DNA from: Haliotis cracherodii | Lineage: Eukaryota | DNA: 64,000 nucleotides | Reading direction: 5' to 3' | Assembly (NCBI RefSeq): GCF_022045235.1 | Contig: NW_027266264.1 | Location: 60,140,001 to 60,204,000 of the forward strand | Shown: piece after piece, positions 54,301-64,000 of the stretch | Position numbering within the stretch: the stretch's first letter is position 1 | Layout of the letters: every line of letters starts with the position of its first letter | Position numbers and translations under genes: made by a program | The notes under the pieces: generated by a model | What the model was told of the DNA's origin: nothing | The model's database searches: none | Seen by the model: only the letters and a program-made list of their open reading frames with translations

Positions 54301-55138
54301 TAATGACAGCCAGTCTCTTATATTTCTTTGTCAGTATGTATGTTTGTAAATTCGGACTAAGAAGCATCCAGTTTGGCTTATTCAGCAATTTTCTAAGTTC
54401 GTTGTGCATGATTATGTAAAACCTTTGTAATCCAAACAATTCTGAGTGCTCTCAAAATAACACAGCAATGAGGGGACATTGACAATACACGTCTAATTGC
54501 CAGTTGTGCTAACTGTTCCTAACGTAATACAATATGAGAAGAAATCAGCGTGACGATTTCATAACAAGACCGACTGCCGGTGCAAGCGATCAGCTGTTTC
54601 AGACAAGTAGGTCGCCCGATATAGAAACTTACCGTGACTTTGCCGGCACGTCGATTACATGTGAAACTGGTCTCTTCTTTGGTTCGGAAAGTTGAATATC
54701 TGCAAGTTTGGAGTAGTCTGTGTCCAAATCAGCTAGTCTGGCCGATTTTCTACTTTCTAAGAGCCTCACTTCGTCAATTCTCTTCACCATCTCTCGCCTC
54801 TCCCCGTCCATTTGCGTGACTGTTATCAAAACATTATCCTCGTCCTGTGTAATAACAATCGCTGACACTTCTCTCCCATTCAGGGTCACGAACACTTTCT
54901 GTCCATTTCTCAAGTTAATTTCTGTCATTTGACAGAATCCCTGCCCGACAATGCCTTCTGAAGTAATTTCCTTGGAATCCCCATTGTCGAATTTGACCTT
55001 ATACATAGCACTTGTTATAAAACCTTCCTCGGAAGTCTGGGATTCAATAATACCGGGGTAGTATCGGCCATCTTGTTGGAGCGCTGCGATTCTCGTTCCT
55101 GTAATGGATCGCTTCGCCAGCTTTCTGTTCCCAAACAT
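39084..55138 (-). CDS. ZNF704: ZNF395/ZNF704/SLC2A4RG-family (Glut4EF/HDBP-like) transcription factor, 7 coding exons: 55138-54633, 53525-53359, 53021-52786, 46109-46012, 45388-45190, 44591-44439, 39314-39084 (1590 nt, ~529 aa)
   Basis: All introns are GT-AG with compatible phases (2,1,0,2,0,0). Contains the N-terminal '[12 protein letters not shown]...DGRYYPGII' block, the '[12 protein letters not shown]' motif, a C2H2 finger, the acidic 'EEDFYYNEV' block and a C-terminal C-clamp. Confidence 0.9.
39756..43265 (-). CDS. LINE ORF2: AP endonuclease, reverse transcriptase and C-terminal CCHC; no start AUG
   Basis: TWNVHGL, GDMNAR, VDY and SDH (APE); [19 protein letters not shown] and LLYADD (RT); CRYC...EDEFHF..VC. 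Uninterrupted ~1170 codons starting immediately after the ORF1 TAG. Confidence 0.95.
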   Translation of the reverse strand, partial: EDGPVHQLPPEIDARTWFEIVTWNVHGLKQKLADSDFIQYCLKFDVIGFVEIWNNVNKDDISSIFINHTVYINQRDFNNRGGVAVCVSHFASQYIKKIWSDFTDCIFVLLDKKLFGYTYDILYGCVYIHPVYSSVRSDPRLQKGIDYLENCLLSCITDADIEDFVFVIMGDMNARTGNLKDYILQDGNKYIPSLEDLNYKIDSLSISRKWTDDRVNSHGCDLIDLCCSLDIHMMNGRTKSDPRGDFTCFAGGGASMVDYCLCSSELFSTNYDFSVATRCESDHFPIVFKFAVTDTENVISNMNADNAESICRYRWCAGKAEAFSELLRDSLSSYSFDDFMGEISSGVNCAVTKLTSLIITCASVSDMKVITSSNICTFSGARWHDSECKELKHEKYRILNMFRITGDLNYLQQFRQLRNAYRNMCRQKKLIFEERLLEDLMSHTCNPKIFWNQVKGLVSKNSNATQFIAPSEWVSYFKNILNITDYDVDHDNLASAESFVYEHEESNCFVCNDEELNDILNCEITEPEILHAINHLKDGKAAGPDGVLPEMIKCCKGNLLPYLVILYNAILHSGNFPEDWARGLLTPLHKKGSKFDVNNYRGITLSDVLGKIFTFILNKRLTMFCDIYDKIPESQAGFRAGYSTIDNIFVLQSLIQKYLSKANGRFYCLFVDFRKAFDCVNRKLLWYVMLNKGIHGKLFYVIKDMYLKVKSAVKLSNSTATCYFETLSGVRQGCTLSPILFSLLIVELESMLHSSGERGIFVSQESLDILLLLYADDLCIIDDTVVGLQRKLNILKSFCTKWGLEVNHSKTEILVFRNGGKLRSTEKWRFGDVNVNVSTYYNYLGLLFSNRLCWTTGINSLVQKANKALFVVKKLQHCLKNIPVHILFKIFDIQIKPILLYTSEIWGYSKIAAIEKFQIKFCKFTIGIGSHVTNVAALGECGRYGLFIDYHKKCIKYWLKLLSLPSYRYPKQCYLMLKSLDEVNRTTWVTCVKRLLFSYGFGHVWISQEVGNETLFINAFIQRVKDCNQQDWYCKVCEIRKLSMYKEYKSLLTVEKYLCEITSRHYRRMFCLLRIGELPLMVNLGRRCGIEYCNRQCRYCNLQEIEDEFHFMLVCPCYRYLRNKYLPIYYSSNPTLFKYNTLLSCNRTSIVTNCVKYILEALAIRNTVT
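43266..44144 (-). CDS. LINE ORF1: 2A-like motif, coiled coil and L1/Tnp22-type RRM region
   Basis: [13 protein letters not shown]; heptad-rich segment; [21 protein letters not shown] and FITEDFS motifs; frame open to the element's 5' junction. Confidence 0.85.
   Translation of the reverse strand: MVVLNLILMLLLMGGVEPNPGPDSNDGVQTRSTAGGKGGEKQLTLSSKASEKTLQTVLDELREVSCKIDKIQRSNDDMNLKLQTVESTLKVVLEQISETNNRCQALEEENFRLKDQMKAMDDKLDYLENMSRRNNLIFHGVPRGNETESWTDCELIVKNVLRNDLQLLDDVNIQRAHRIMKGKAIIVKLADDKDKHAILRASKALKDTDMFITEDFSPLVRQKRKKLLPKMFQARESGLKAFLRYDKLYTEDNIYSYDLGLDCVTTVKSGNKPGLSREVSASDDVISSPGLS
44439..44591 (-). CDS. ZNF704: ZNF704-like exon 6
   Basis: acacag acceptor; EHKTPSH...[15 protein letters not shown]; GTAAGA donor. 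Confidence 0.82.
44689..44835. mobile_element. Tc1/mariner/pogo-type MITE, same TIR family as 61583-61756
   Basis: CAGTAAACTACGGTTGTAATGAAC ... GTTCGTTATAAATGTAGTTCACTG, TA flanks. Confidence 0.7.
45190..45388 (-). CDS. ZNF704: ZNF704-like exon 5 (acidic region)
   Basis: ttattcag acceptor; [19 protein letters not shown]...DHDYQRK; GTAAGA donor. Confidence 0.9.
46012..46109 (-). CDS. ZNF704: ZNF704-like exon 4 (C2H2 zinc finger)
   Basis: ttttccag acceptor; [32 protein letters not shown]; GTAAGT donor. Confidence 0.9.
48506..50314. repeat. 85/87-bp satellite array, ~21 copies, in ZNF704-like intron 3
   Basis: TGTGTTACCATTGATCACACTGCCACATAGGTACTGCAACAGTAAGTACTAACATACTACAAATCATGTCATGTC(AC)ATCAGAGATC. 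Confidence 0.97.
50575..50777 (-). mobile_element. Copy of the TAG...CTA element
   Basis: TSD CAAATATCA/CTAATATCA. Confidence 0.75.
52786..53021 (-). CDS. ZNF704: ZNF704-like exon 3
   Basis: ctttttcag acceptor; FLRSPGSF...[17 protein letters not shown]...EHK; AAG|GTATG donor. Confidence 0.82.
53359..53525 (-). CDS. ZNF704: ZNF704-like exon 2
   Basis: TAG acceptor; RERRHLDS...[15 protein letters not shown]...KDK; G|GTCAAT donor. Confidence 0.85.
54633..55138 (-). CDS. ZNF704: ZNF704-like exon 1 (start codon; invertebrate N-terminal domain)
   Basis: [19 protein letters not shown]...VIDVPAKSR ending at a CG|GTAAGT donor. Confidence 0.88.
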
Positions 55139-55249
55139 ATCTGAAACGGTTCATCAACGATACATATGATAAAGTTGAGTACTAATTTCCAGATCCCGTG
55201 CGTCGATGTACCCCAGATATTCTTCAATGTCACCGCTTTCTGATGTAAA

Positions 55250-55430
55250 CATATGCCGGTAAACTGCGCCGGTTTGTTTTGGTGTCAGTGGAGGCGGAGC
55301 TTAGTGAAAATATCAACAAAACCCATATGATCGCAGTCCAGCCCCCTGATTGGACGAATGGGGCACACCTCCATCATTTGATTGGTCAATATGCAGAACC
55401 TGTCAATCATGCTCAAGGTTATATAGTCCG
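55250..55430 (-). promoter_or_regulatory. Putative promoter of the ZNF704-like gene
   Basis: GC box (GAGGCGGAGC, ~55290), two ATTGG/CCAAT boxes (~55349, ~55381) and two GCCGG motifs (55256, 55268) about 120-250 bp upstream of the ATG. Confidence 0.45.
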
Positions 55431-57690
55431 TCACGAGGGCAAAGGTTGTTTATGTATTTTTATCGCCCTTCTTTGTGTTTCCTAGGTGATTAGGATATAG
55501 TTATTAGGTACTAAAATTACTCGAGAAGTTATTTGTTGATCAAAATATTAACACTCGACATGTCAGGATGCTGTATTTCCGCCTACTGGTTGTTTGATGG
55601 CGCAATTTGCAACGTGTACACAAACTGGGTCAAATTCATGTTTTCGGTGATGCTAACTTCAATTAGTTGCCCAGCAGTAAAAAGAACATAAGTTATAAAA
55701 CAAGCGTATCTGTGATGCATATGATTCTCGTTGTTACTAGATACGATTGCCAAAGTATTTACATCAACTCAAAAATCGCAGGTTAGACATATTTTCACAC
55801 TCTTAGGGAATACAGTAGATCCAAATATAGCTACACGCTGGAGGCAAAATAAAAGACGGAAGAGCCAAGGTAGGGAAAGGTCATGATATAAACATTATTA
55901 CCCACAGTGCAATTTTAACATGGCAGCGCCCACAGCACTTCAAATGAGAGGATGTTTGAGGTGCTTCACTGACATTATTATGTTATATTTCCTTGCAAAC
56001 ATCGTGGCTTATGTAGCATGTCATTTGGCGGATGGAGTTGAAGGTAATATATCGATTATGCAGTCTTGTCAGTTCTTAAAATAGAATAATTAGATTGTTG
56101 TGGTGCACGTACACACAAATTATAGGCTCATCTTATAGACGACATCATTCCCATAATTCAGCTAGTGGTGTCTGTTGGTTTATATTCATCCATTCAAAAA
56201 CTAAAACCACGACGCTTTTCAGTTATTCATTCACTGTCATCGCCTAGCGTGACAGCCTATCTTGATGACAAACTTTGACAGATTTCTGTCGTGTTTTGAT
56301 ATTCTCATATGCGTCCCATGGGAATTCTGTTTACATTAGCGGTAGACAGATTCAGATCTGTTTTAAACAGAATACGTAGAACCGCAGATGAACATGCCTG
56401 TCTGTTGTTGGACAAATATTACACGCATATATTGTTCCACATAACTTCTCTTAATACACATTATAGCTAGACGAGCATGTGTTATGTATATATCAGTTTC
56501 TATAATGTGGTCATGATATTGCAAAGTCTCAATAAAGTGTGGAATGTCACATACTGTAACGCACTGGCTGATAATGCATCACTGTGGAATGAAGGCCTCT
56601 ATACTGTATCATGTACATGGAGTCTGAAGTCACACACTTGACTTGGGGGGAAATGTTACCAGAACTGGGTATGGCAGCAGGCAATAGCTGCAGGATATGG
56701 GTTCGCGCTTGAACATTCTCTGGGAATAACCTAGGTTAGCTGTTCCGAGTGAAGTAATTTTGCAAGTTCCGATCCTTATCGAAGGACAGATAATGCGTAC
56801 ATGCCGAGCTGCCAGTGGGATATTCTTTATATTACTCAAAAACTGTGGAATCCGCAGTTGACCTAATGTTAGAAAGACGTCACGTTAAATCGTTTGTGAA
56901 GTCATTGCGAGCACATGACGTTACGTTGCTATATGGACCTCTTCGCAAATAATTGAAGTTGGTTTGTTGTTTGACGCTGTACTCACTCAGCAATATTCCA
57001 GCTTTATGACGGCGGTCTGTAAATAATCGAGTATGGACCGGACAACCCAGTGATTGATATCATGATCATCGATCCAAGCAATTGGGATCGATGCTATTCA
57101 TCAACCAAGTCAGCGAGCCTGACCACCGGATCCCGTTAGTCGCCTTTTACGACAAGTATAGCCGCCTTTTACTGCTAGCATGGGTTGCTGAAGATATATT
57201 CTACAAATATTTGGAACGAACTAGATCTATAGCCAATCAACATTATACAAGTAAAAGCGACAAAAACATTTCCATAATCCTAAGAAATCTGTAATAAAAG
57301 CAGAGTTCACTGAACGATTACCGCTATTTTATAGAAACAAATTAATTGTCCCTGAAAATTCTGCAACAAATATTCATGCTTCAGACCTCTGAAAAAAAGA
57401 AAAGAAATTGCCTGTCACCAAAATTACATTGTTGCAATATGTATTTTTTAAAACTATTCAGGTTCTTATCTCATAGCTAAAAAAAATATCTAATCTCGAT
57501 TCAGAATCCAAGCAAGCACCCCTGCCCCAAAAAGGGAAAAGTATAGGAAATAGTCGGTCCCTTAAACACAAGTGCTCAGACACAGGTGAATTATTACAAT
57601 TGTTCCATTGGTTTCATTGTTTGCGAATAGGCCCATAGCAACGCTACGCCATGACGATGTTATGTGATGTCGTTCCAACAGTAACTGAAC

Positions 57691-57798
57691 GGGCCCTGTT
57701 CCACAAAGCGACCACAGCGCTAAGGTGATCGAACTCTCATACTGTAACATAGGCTTACGACAGTCGTCGCGCTACGATCGCTTTGAAGAACGGTCCCC
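57691..57798. mobile_element. Small MITE with GGG-starting TIRs (Harbinger-like, unconfirmed)
   Basis: GGGCCCTGTTCCACAAAGCGA ... TCGCTTTGAAGAACGGTCCCC; a related end at ~15590-15626. Confidence 0.5.
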
Positions 57799-58675
57799 TG
57801 GTGTCTTCACTTGAGATAAGAAAACCCCACATTTTTCTACATTTTCACAGAAAAAAAGACTATGAGTAATATAACGAAATACAGTGTTGAATTAATGTTG
57901 AAATGTCCTCCCCAAGCCTCGATACTTACTTCACAGGGTACAGATACATACAAGTCCTTGTATAGCTAGTAGGTAAAATACTGCAAAGTATTACATGTGA
58001 TCTGAATGATCAATTGTGTCGTCACACTCATGACGAATTTTGGTCACAATAACGGCTGCGTATGGATATCATATTACTGAGATGCTGGCTGATTTCGCGT
58101 GTCACTGTATCCATGGCACCCTATCCCCAATTGCGTAGATCGATGTTCAGGTTGTCAATCACTTGATTTTCTGGTTCAGGCTCGATTATTTACAGACCGC
58201 CGTGTGGGAATAACCAATATTGAAGCCTTTTCACATAACAAAACGTGCGTATGAATACACCGATAGCCTACGTATCAATCTATAAAAAATATTGGCTGCC
58301 TTTCACCGATCAGAACTGCATACCGTATTGATATGTCCTCTAATAGACACTGGATCTCGAGTACAAACCAGGTCTCTAATTCACGCCGGGTCAACAGCTT
58401 TCGCGAAATTAATGGACCTCCCATCGTGTGATAGAGGAAATACGGTACGTTTGATCTCGGATGTTTTGGGCGACGATTTGGACGTAATATACACTATAGA
58501 TGACGCCTTCACATAGTTTGGGGGATTGGTCTCAGAATTCCGATCCAATTTTAACATGGCCTGTCCGGTGGACACGTTTTAAGGCTCGCTGACTTGCTTG
58601 ATGTATTCCATTTGCGGAGATCGATGATCATGATGGCAATCATTGGATTGTCAGAAGCGTCTGAAGCCAGAATAT

Positions 58676-58932
58676 ACCCGTGAAGATCCGGGAAAGAATA
58701 GGTCTTCAGCAACCCATGCTTGCCGTAAAAGACGACTATGCTTGTCGTAAGACGCGACTAACGGGATCGGGTGGTCAGGCTCGTTGACTTGTTTGATGCA
58801 TGTCATCGATCCCAATTGCGTGGATCGATGTCCATGATGTCAATCACTGGATTGTCTGGTCCAGACTTGATTCTTCCCAGACCGCCGTCACTTAGCTGGA
58901 ATATTGCTGAGTGCGGCGTTAAACAACAAACC
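58676..58932 (+). mobile_element. SINE-like family C (no tRNA head), full copy
   Basis: ACCCGTGAAGATCC...GCGGCGTTAAACAAC with (CAAA)n tail; ~15 copies or fragments, e.g. 2012-2215, 12497-12659 plus 14210-14258, 21165-21326(-), 30880-31110(-), 31195-31450(-), 36855-37022(-), 47022-47248, 47575-47828(-), 56960-57200(-), 59243-59472, 62477-62737, 63322-63575. Confidence 0.85.
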
Positions 58933-59731
58933 AGGCAACCAGTCATGCTTGTCAGTTGGACCCACTGAAGTAGGGCTCGTATGGCAATATGACTTGACTG
59001 GTCACGTGTCATCCTACCCCAGTGGCGTGGCTCATTGTCCACTTCAAGTCACTGGTTTGACTGTTCATCGGTTATTTACAGATATAGCTGGAAAAGTGCT
59101 GACTGCGGCGGTGAACAACATTCATTCTCACACTTGACTCACAGCACCATCACAAATACACGAGTAATCTTCGTATTTTCTAGTTGCTACCTGGCGTTGC
59201 GGGAGACTAACGGGATCGGGTAAAAACAAACCTACTAATATACGGGTTAGAATTGGTCTAAAGCAACCCATGCTTGTCGTTAGACGCAACTAACGTGATC
59301 GGGTGGTCAGACTCGCTGACTTGGTTGATGCATGTCATCGTATCCCAGTTGCGTAGATCGATGCTCATGATGTCAATCATTGGATTGTCTGGCCCAGACT
59401 TGATTATTTACAGACCGCCGTTATATAGCTGAAATATTGCTGAGTGCGGCGTTAAACAACAAACAAACAAACCAGCGAAGATACCGGTTAGAATTGGTCT
59501 TCAGCAACCCTTGCTTATCGCAAGAGGCGACTAACGGGAACGGGTGGTCAGGCTCGGTGACTCGGTTGATGTATGTCATCGTATCCCAACTGAATAAGCA
59601 TGAGTGTTGATCCTTTTCGAACTGATGGACTTTGTTGGTTGAATTCCCTACCGCTAGTTCTTAGTTAATATCAGTCGTTGTTTGTTCGAGTATATGTAAA
59701 ATGTGTGCTAACAACCACTTCTTCTATGTAT

Positions 59732-59896
59732 GGGGGCGGTCGGGTAGCCTAGTGGTTAAAGCGTTGGCTCGTCACGCCGAAGACCCGGGTTCGATTCCCG
59801 ACATGGGTACAATGTGTGAAGCCCATTTCTGGTGTCCCCCGCCGTGATATTGCTGGAATATTGCTAAAAGCGGTGTAAAACCATACTCACTCACTC
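59732..59896 (+). mobile_element. tRNA-derived SINE family A, full copy
   Basis: A box TAGCCTAGTGG, B box GGTTCGATTCC, (ACTC)n tail, TSD TTCTATGTAT; other copies at ~7340-7505(-), 19937-20010(-), 20187-20330(-), 32143-32280(+), 32545-32700(-). Confidence 0.9.
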
Positions 59897-60944
59897 TTCT
59901 ATGTATGAAACATAAATGTGTCGACTGTTAAAAATTATATTCATGCGCAGCGGAATGACGAAACATGTCGAATACTTCGGTTTCATGAAATGAATCAAAT
60001 GTAAGGACCGAAAACAGTAACACGTGTATATGTCGTGAGTACAATCGGATAGACCAAAGTTCGTTCGCCCTCTCTGACCGTCGTCAAGAATGGCCTATAG
60101 TTATCTCAAGATTGCGGAGATAATTGCATATTCACATAACACGAAAGCGTAATTATGAGAATGTATTCATTAATGGATATGCTTAACAGCATGCCCACGG
60201 GTATCCCAGGGTATTGCTGGGTGAGATAGTTCAGTTAACCGTGTTGGCATTCAGAGCATGGCTGGAAATCTATCGAAAAAACATATTGCCCCGACATTTT
60301 CGGAAAAAAAACATAATTATTTTTCAGACTGTTGAACACAAAAAGATTGCCTGCCACAAAAAATACATTGTTGCAAGGTATTTTTCTCGAAACAATTTCA
60401 GTATCAAACCTTTGAGTATCGGGTGGCCACGTTGTGTGACCAGGTTGTCGCGAGGGTGTCATTGCGTCACCACGGTGCGGATCGTTGCTCATCCTGTCAA
60501 CCACTGGTTTACCTGACCCATACTCGAATTCTCACAAATAGATCATTTTATAGTTTAAGGTAGAGACTGCCACGCGAACCACCCACTATTGTGTTCAAAT
60601 ATTTGGAACTTTTGGGGGTTTGTTGTTTTACGCCGCACTCAGCAATATTCCAGCTACATGAGGGCGGTCTGTAAATAACCGAGTCTGCTATCCCTGACAC
60701 GGTTTATTGGTAGTGGTATTTTTTGTATTCGCTCAATGATGCTTACCCCGGCATCAAATCACTCGTGGACAGCTTTACGCTCTAAATATAGCGTCACACC
60801 ATGAGAGTATTGCCCAACGCATCATTTCAGCCCTGTAAAGCAAACGTTAATCTTATCAGTTTATGGCAACACAGTAATACATAAAGTGTATCAACATTAC
60901 TTTTTACTAGTTTATAACTGCAAATAAAACTTCTTATCACATGT

Positions 60945-61226
60945 GGGGGCACGGGTGGCCCAGTCGTCTAAGGCGCCGCGATTCGCTGTGCAGAGTTGCG
61001 TTCCTTGGGCACGCCAGAAACCTATGATTGTGGGTTCGAATCCCGGTTCGCCCCAATTATGTTTCTAGGTTTGTCAGCACCATATCCGTGCTCGTGGGTT
61101 TCATCGAAGTGGTAAACATCTGAGACCTGCATCACTTCGGGCTTTCCTCCGACATTAAGCTGACACGCGGCGATGTAACTGGAATAATGTTAAAAGCGGC
61201 GTTAAACCCAACTCACTCACTCACTC
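60945..61226 (+). mobile_element. tRNA-derived SINE family B, full copy
   Basis: GGTGGCCCAGTCGTCTAAGGCG...GGGTTCGAATCCC head, (ACTC)n tail, TSD-like CTTATCACA; other copies at ~9584-9855, 21540-21745, 24165-24431, 30520-30772(-), 39480-39668 plus 44213-44245 (split by the LINE), 44963-45132. Confidence 0.88.
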
Positions 61227-61582
61227 TTATCACAACTAAGACGTGACGTTGTTGTTATTATTTAACCTGTCCCTGCAAGGCCAATCAACACCGTTTCAAG
61301 ACCTGTCCATAGATATGAACACGATACTATACAGACCTGACACCAGGCTTGAAGCTATGTTAGTATACGTCAGAATAGCCCTATACGCTTCAATGATATT
61401 TGTTTCTTAATTTGCGTCAGTAATATTCCACCTGTTTCACGTGGGCTTCTGTTAATCGAGTCCGGGCTAGAAGAAGACGGTGTTGACATCGCGAACAAAT
61501 CTCCACGAAAAATGATCCACATATTAAAATGCGATATTTGAATTGAACAAGCAAAGTAAGACGACGTCGGTATTCACATATA

Positions 61583-61756
61583 CAGTAAACTACGGTTATA
61601 ACGAACACGCTTATAACGAACTGACCGATATAACGAACTTACTTGTTAGCCCCGGCCATGTGTTGCATTATACTGTATATATGCTTATAACAAACTACGG
61701 TTATTGCGAACTAAAACAGGTGGTCCCTTTGAGTTCGTGATAACCGTAGTTTACTG
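61583..61756. mobile_element. Tc1/mariner/pogo-type MITE
   Basis: TIR CAGTAAACTACGGTTAT(A/C)ACGAAC flanked by TA. Confidence 0.85.
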
Positions 61757-64000
61757 TACTTGGTTTCCTTTAGGCAGGGTTAATGTTAAAACTGTAATAA
61801 AACATTCACATTTCGGACTTGATGGATAATATTGTCCTGTATACAGTACTATAGCAGTGTTCAGTTCGGCTGGTTCAGCCGGCTTCAAACAGGTACTTGC
61901 ACGCGGAAACAGGGCCCCAGTACGTGTCGCTCTTCCGCCAAGAGACTCGAAATGATTTTATTCGTGCTGAGCACAAGTGTACGCACCACACCAAGCGTGT
62001 ACAATGAAACACCAAGATACGGGGTCAAAATATTCAATTTTTGTCAAAGCAAAGCATATATACGACTCAAAAGAAGGAAACCCGTTTCTTTCATGTTACT
62101 ATAGTTATTCTGTCATGACAGATTACATTAAATAGAGTAATAAGACAGATTATCTTTAGTATATGTGATATGGAAGAATCGGGTATTCTTTAACTTCTTT
62201 TGAGAAGTTGTTTACATATTATATACTGTTGAGGTGTATATATCGAGGTGTGTTGACGTCTATTCGCTCTTCTAACAGCGTATGGTATATTGCAGTACCT
62301 GCGGGAGACTGATTCTCAGATCTGAATATATGTATTTTTGATAGCAGACACAAGCAATTACATATACATATACGCCAGTTGAAAGAACACACCTTCAATG
62401 TCGCGCCACGGTGACAGTCGCCCATCAAACAAACAATCCGTCGTAATCTTTTCCATTTCCTATCTCTCTGATGTAACTCGTGAAGATCCGGGGTACAATT
62501 GGTCTTCGGCAACCCATACTTGTCCTAAAAGGCGACTATGCTTGTCGTATAAGGCGACTAACGGGATCGAGTGGTCAGGCTCGTTGACTTGGTTGATGCA
62601 TGTCATCGATCCCAATTGTGTGGATCGATGCTCATGATATCAATCACTGGATTGTCTGGTCCAGACTCGATTATTTACAGACCGCCGTCACATAGCTGGG
62701 ATATTGCTGAGTGCGGCGTAACTACAAACAAACAAACATTACCTCACCTAACATGCCTGGATAAAAACATGTTGTTTTTCTTTTCTTAATGGAATTAGTA
62801 ATTTGGGTAATGCGTACTCTTTGACAACAATTATCAATTTAAACATTATCGGTCATGAGCTGGACAAACGCCTGTGAATTAATTAAATCCGGACAACTTA
62901 AATTACAGTTGCAAACTCGAGCACGCACACTGTATCAGGACGGCGATGCACTGACAGGCACGAAACTGTTGTTAACCTATTTCAGCAAACAGTTGTCACC
63001 TTTCCGGTTGGGCATGACGCAGCTCGAATATTGCCGGCAGTTACCGGTCAAGTCCGAATGGCTCGAACGAGTTGTTCACTCGGAACTTTCAAGGTCCAAA
63101 GAGTTGCCCCCCTTACATCCCCACCGACCCGCTATATGTTTGAATATAGCCACAGTGGAAACGGCTCTATTCTCGTACTCGTCATGTAAACTTATCAAAG
63201 TTGTGTTGTCAACAAGTATTAAACCGCGTGTTTATCGACACCTAAATTGTGAGATAGACAGATAGATCCGAATCAGCTGTGGGAGATACAGAGTCTTTAG
63301 GCTGTGGTGTGTAAATATTATTCGGGGTAGAATAGGTATTCAGCAACCAATGCTTGCCGTAAAATGTGATTGTGCTTGTCGTAAAAGGCGACTAACGGGA
63401 TCGTTTGGTCAGGCTCGATGACTTGGTCGGTGCATGTCATCGATTCCAATTGCGTGGATTGATGTTCATGATGTCAATCATTGGATTGTCTGGTCCAGAC
63501 TCGATTATTTACAGACCGCCGTCATATAGCTGGAATATTGCTGAGTGCGGCGTTAAACTATAAATCAAACCAAACCCAATTACATATATGTATAAAATAT
63601 CGTAAAATACCAACTCCCTCAATCACCGATGGATAATTATGCAGTCAGCTCAAGTTGATCGGAGTTTGTTTTTTAAATTAGGGGCATCACGCTTGTCCCC
63701 CAGACATAACTGTAGTGAGTTATTTACATTCAGAGAATGTCCAGAATAAGTGCCACGTCATGTCTACAGTCTCCAAACCCGCACTTCGCCAAATCCTTGT
63801 TTGTATAATAAAGCCCCAGACGATACTATTGCATTTTTCTTATTGTGTAATGTACATAATATTTTATCAGTAAGATCCGGGTATGTCGTTGAGCTCAAAC
63901 GTGTGTGTCTGCTTTGGGTTTTGTATTTGTATATGTATGAATGCATTCATCCGGGAATATACCTATGCACAAACGTGTCTGGCTCTGTGGTTTTCAATGT

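Noticed and set aside
59732-59805. Functional tRNA gene
   Set aside because: Continues into a SINE body and tail, has a TSD and many dispersed copies; no clean acceptor stem or terminator.
62855-63265. 136-aa ORF
   Set aside because: No recognisable motif, splice context or coding signature that I can support.

Overview
AT-rich, repeat-dense genomic DNA from an animal, most likely a mollusc. The SINE families resemble those of abalone/gastropods, but that assignment is inference. Host genes: (1) the first recognisable coding exon of a big-brain-like aquaporin on the minus strand at 3090-3535, with its other exons outside the window; (2) a complete 7-exon ZNF395/ZNF704/SLC2A4RG-family gene (C2H2 finger plus C-clamp, about 529 aa, minus strand, 39084-55138); (3) an intronless MGAT2 pseudogene (22250-24097) broken by frameshifts, a stop codon and a MITE with a 9-bp TSD. 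Mobile DNA: a near-full-length non-LTR retrotransposon with a 13-bp TSD in the last ZNF intron. It has a 2A-like NPGP motif at the start of ORF1, and an intact AUG-less ORF2 that is in frame with ORF1 behind a single UAG. Also present are a decayed Polinton/Maverick-like remnant (capsid-like and packaging-ATPase fragments, AGTAGT terminus), two Tc1-like fossils, several MITE families, a head-to-head pair of minimal Penelope-type hammerhead motifs, three abundant SINE families that share one 3' tail (one has a structured, promoter-less 5' head), and several mini/microsatellites. There is one assembly gap at 8570-8704.
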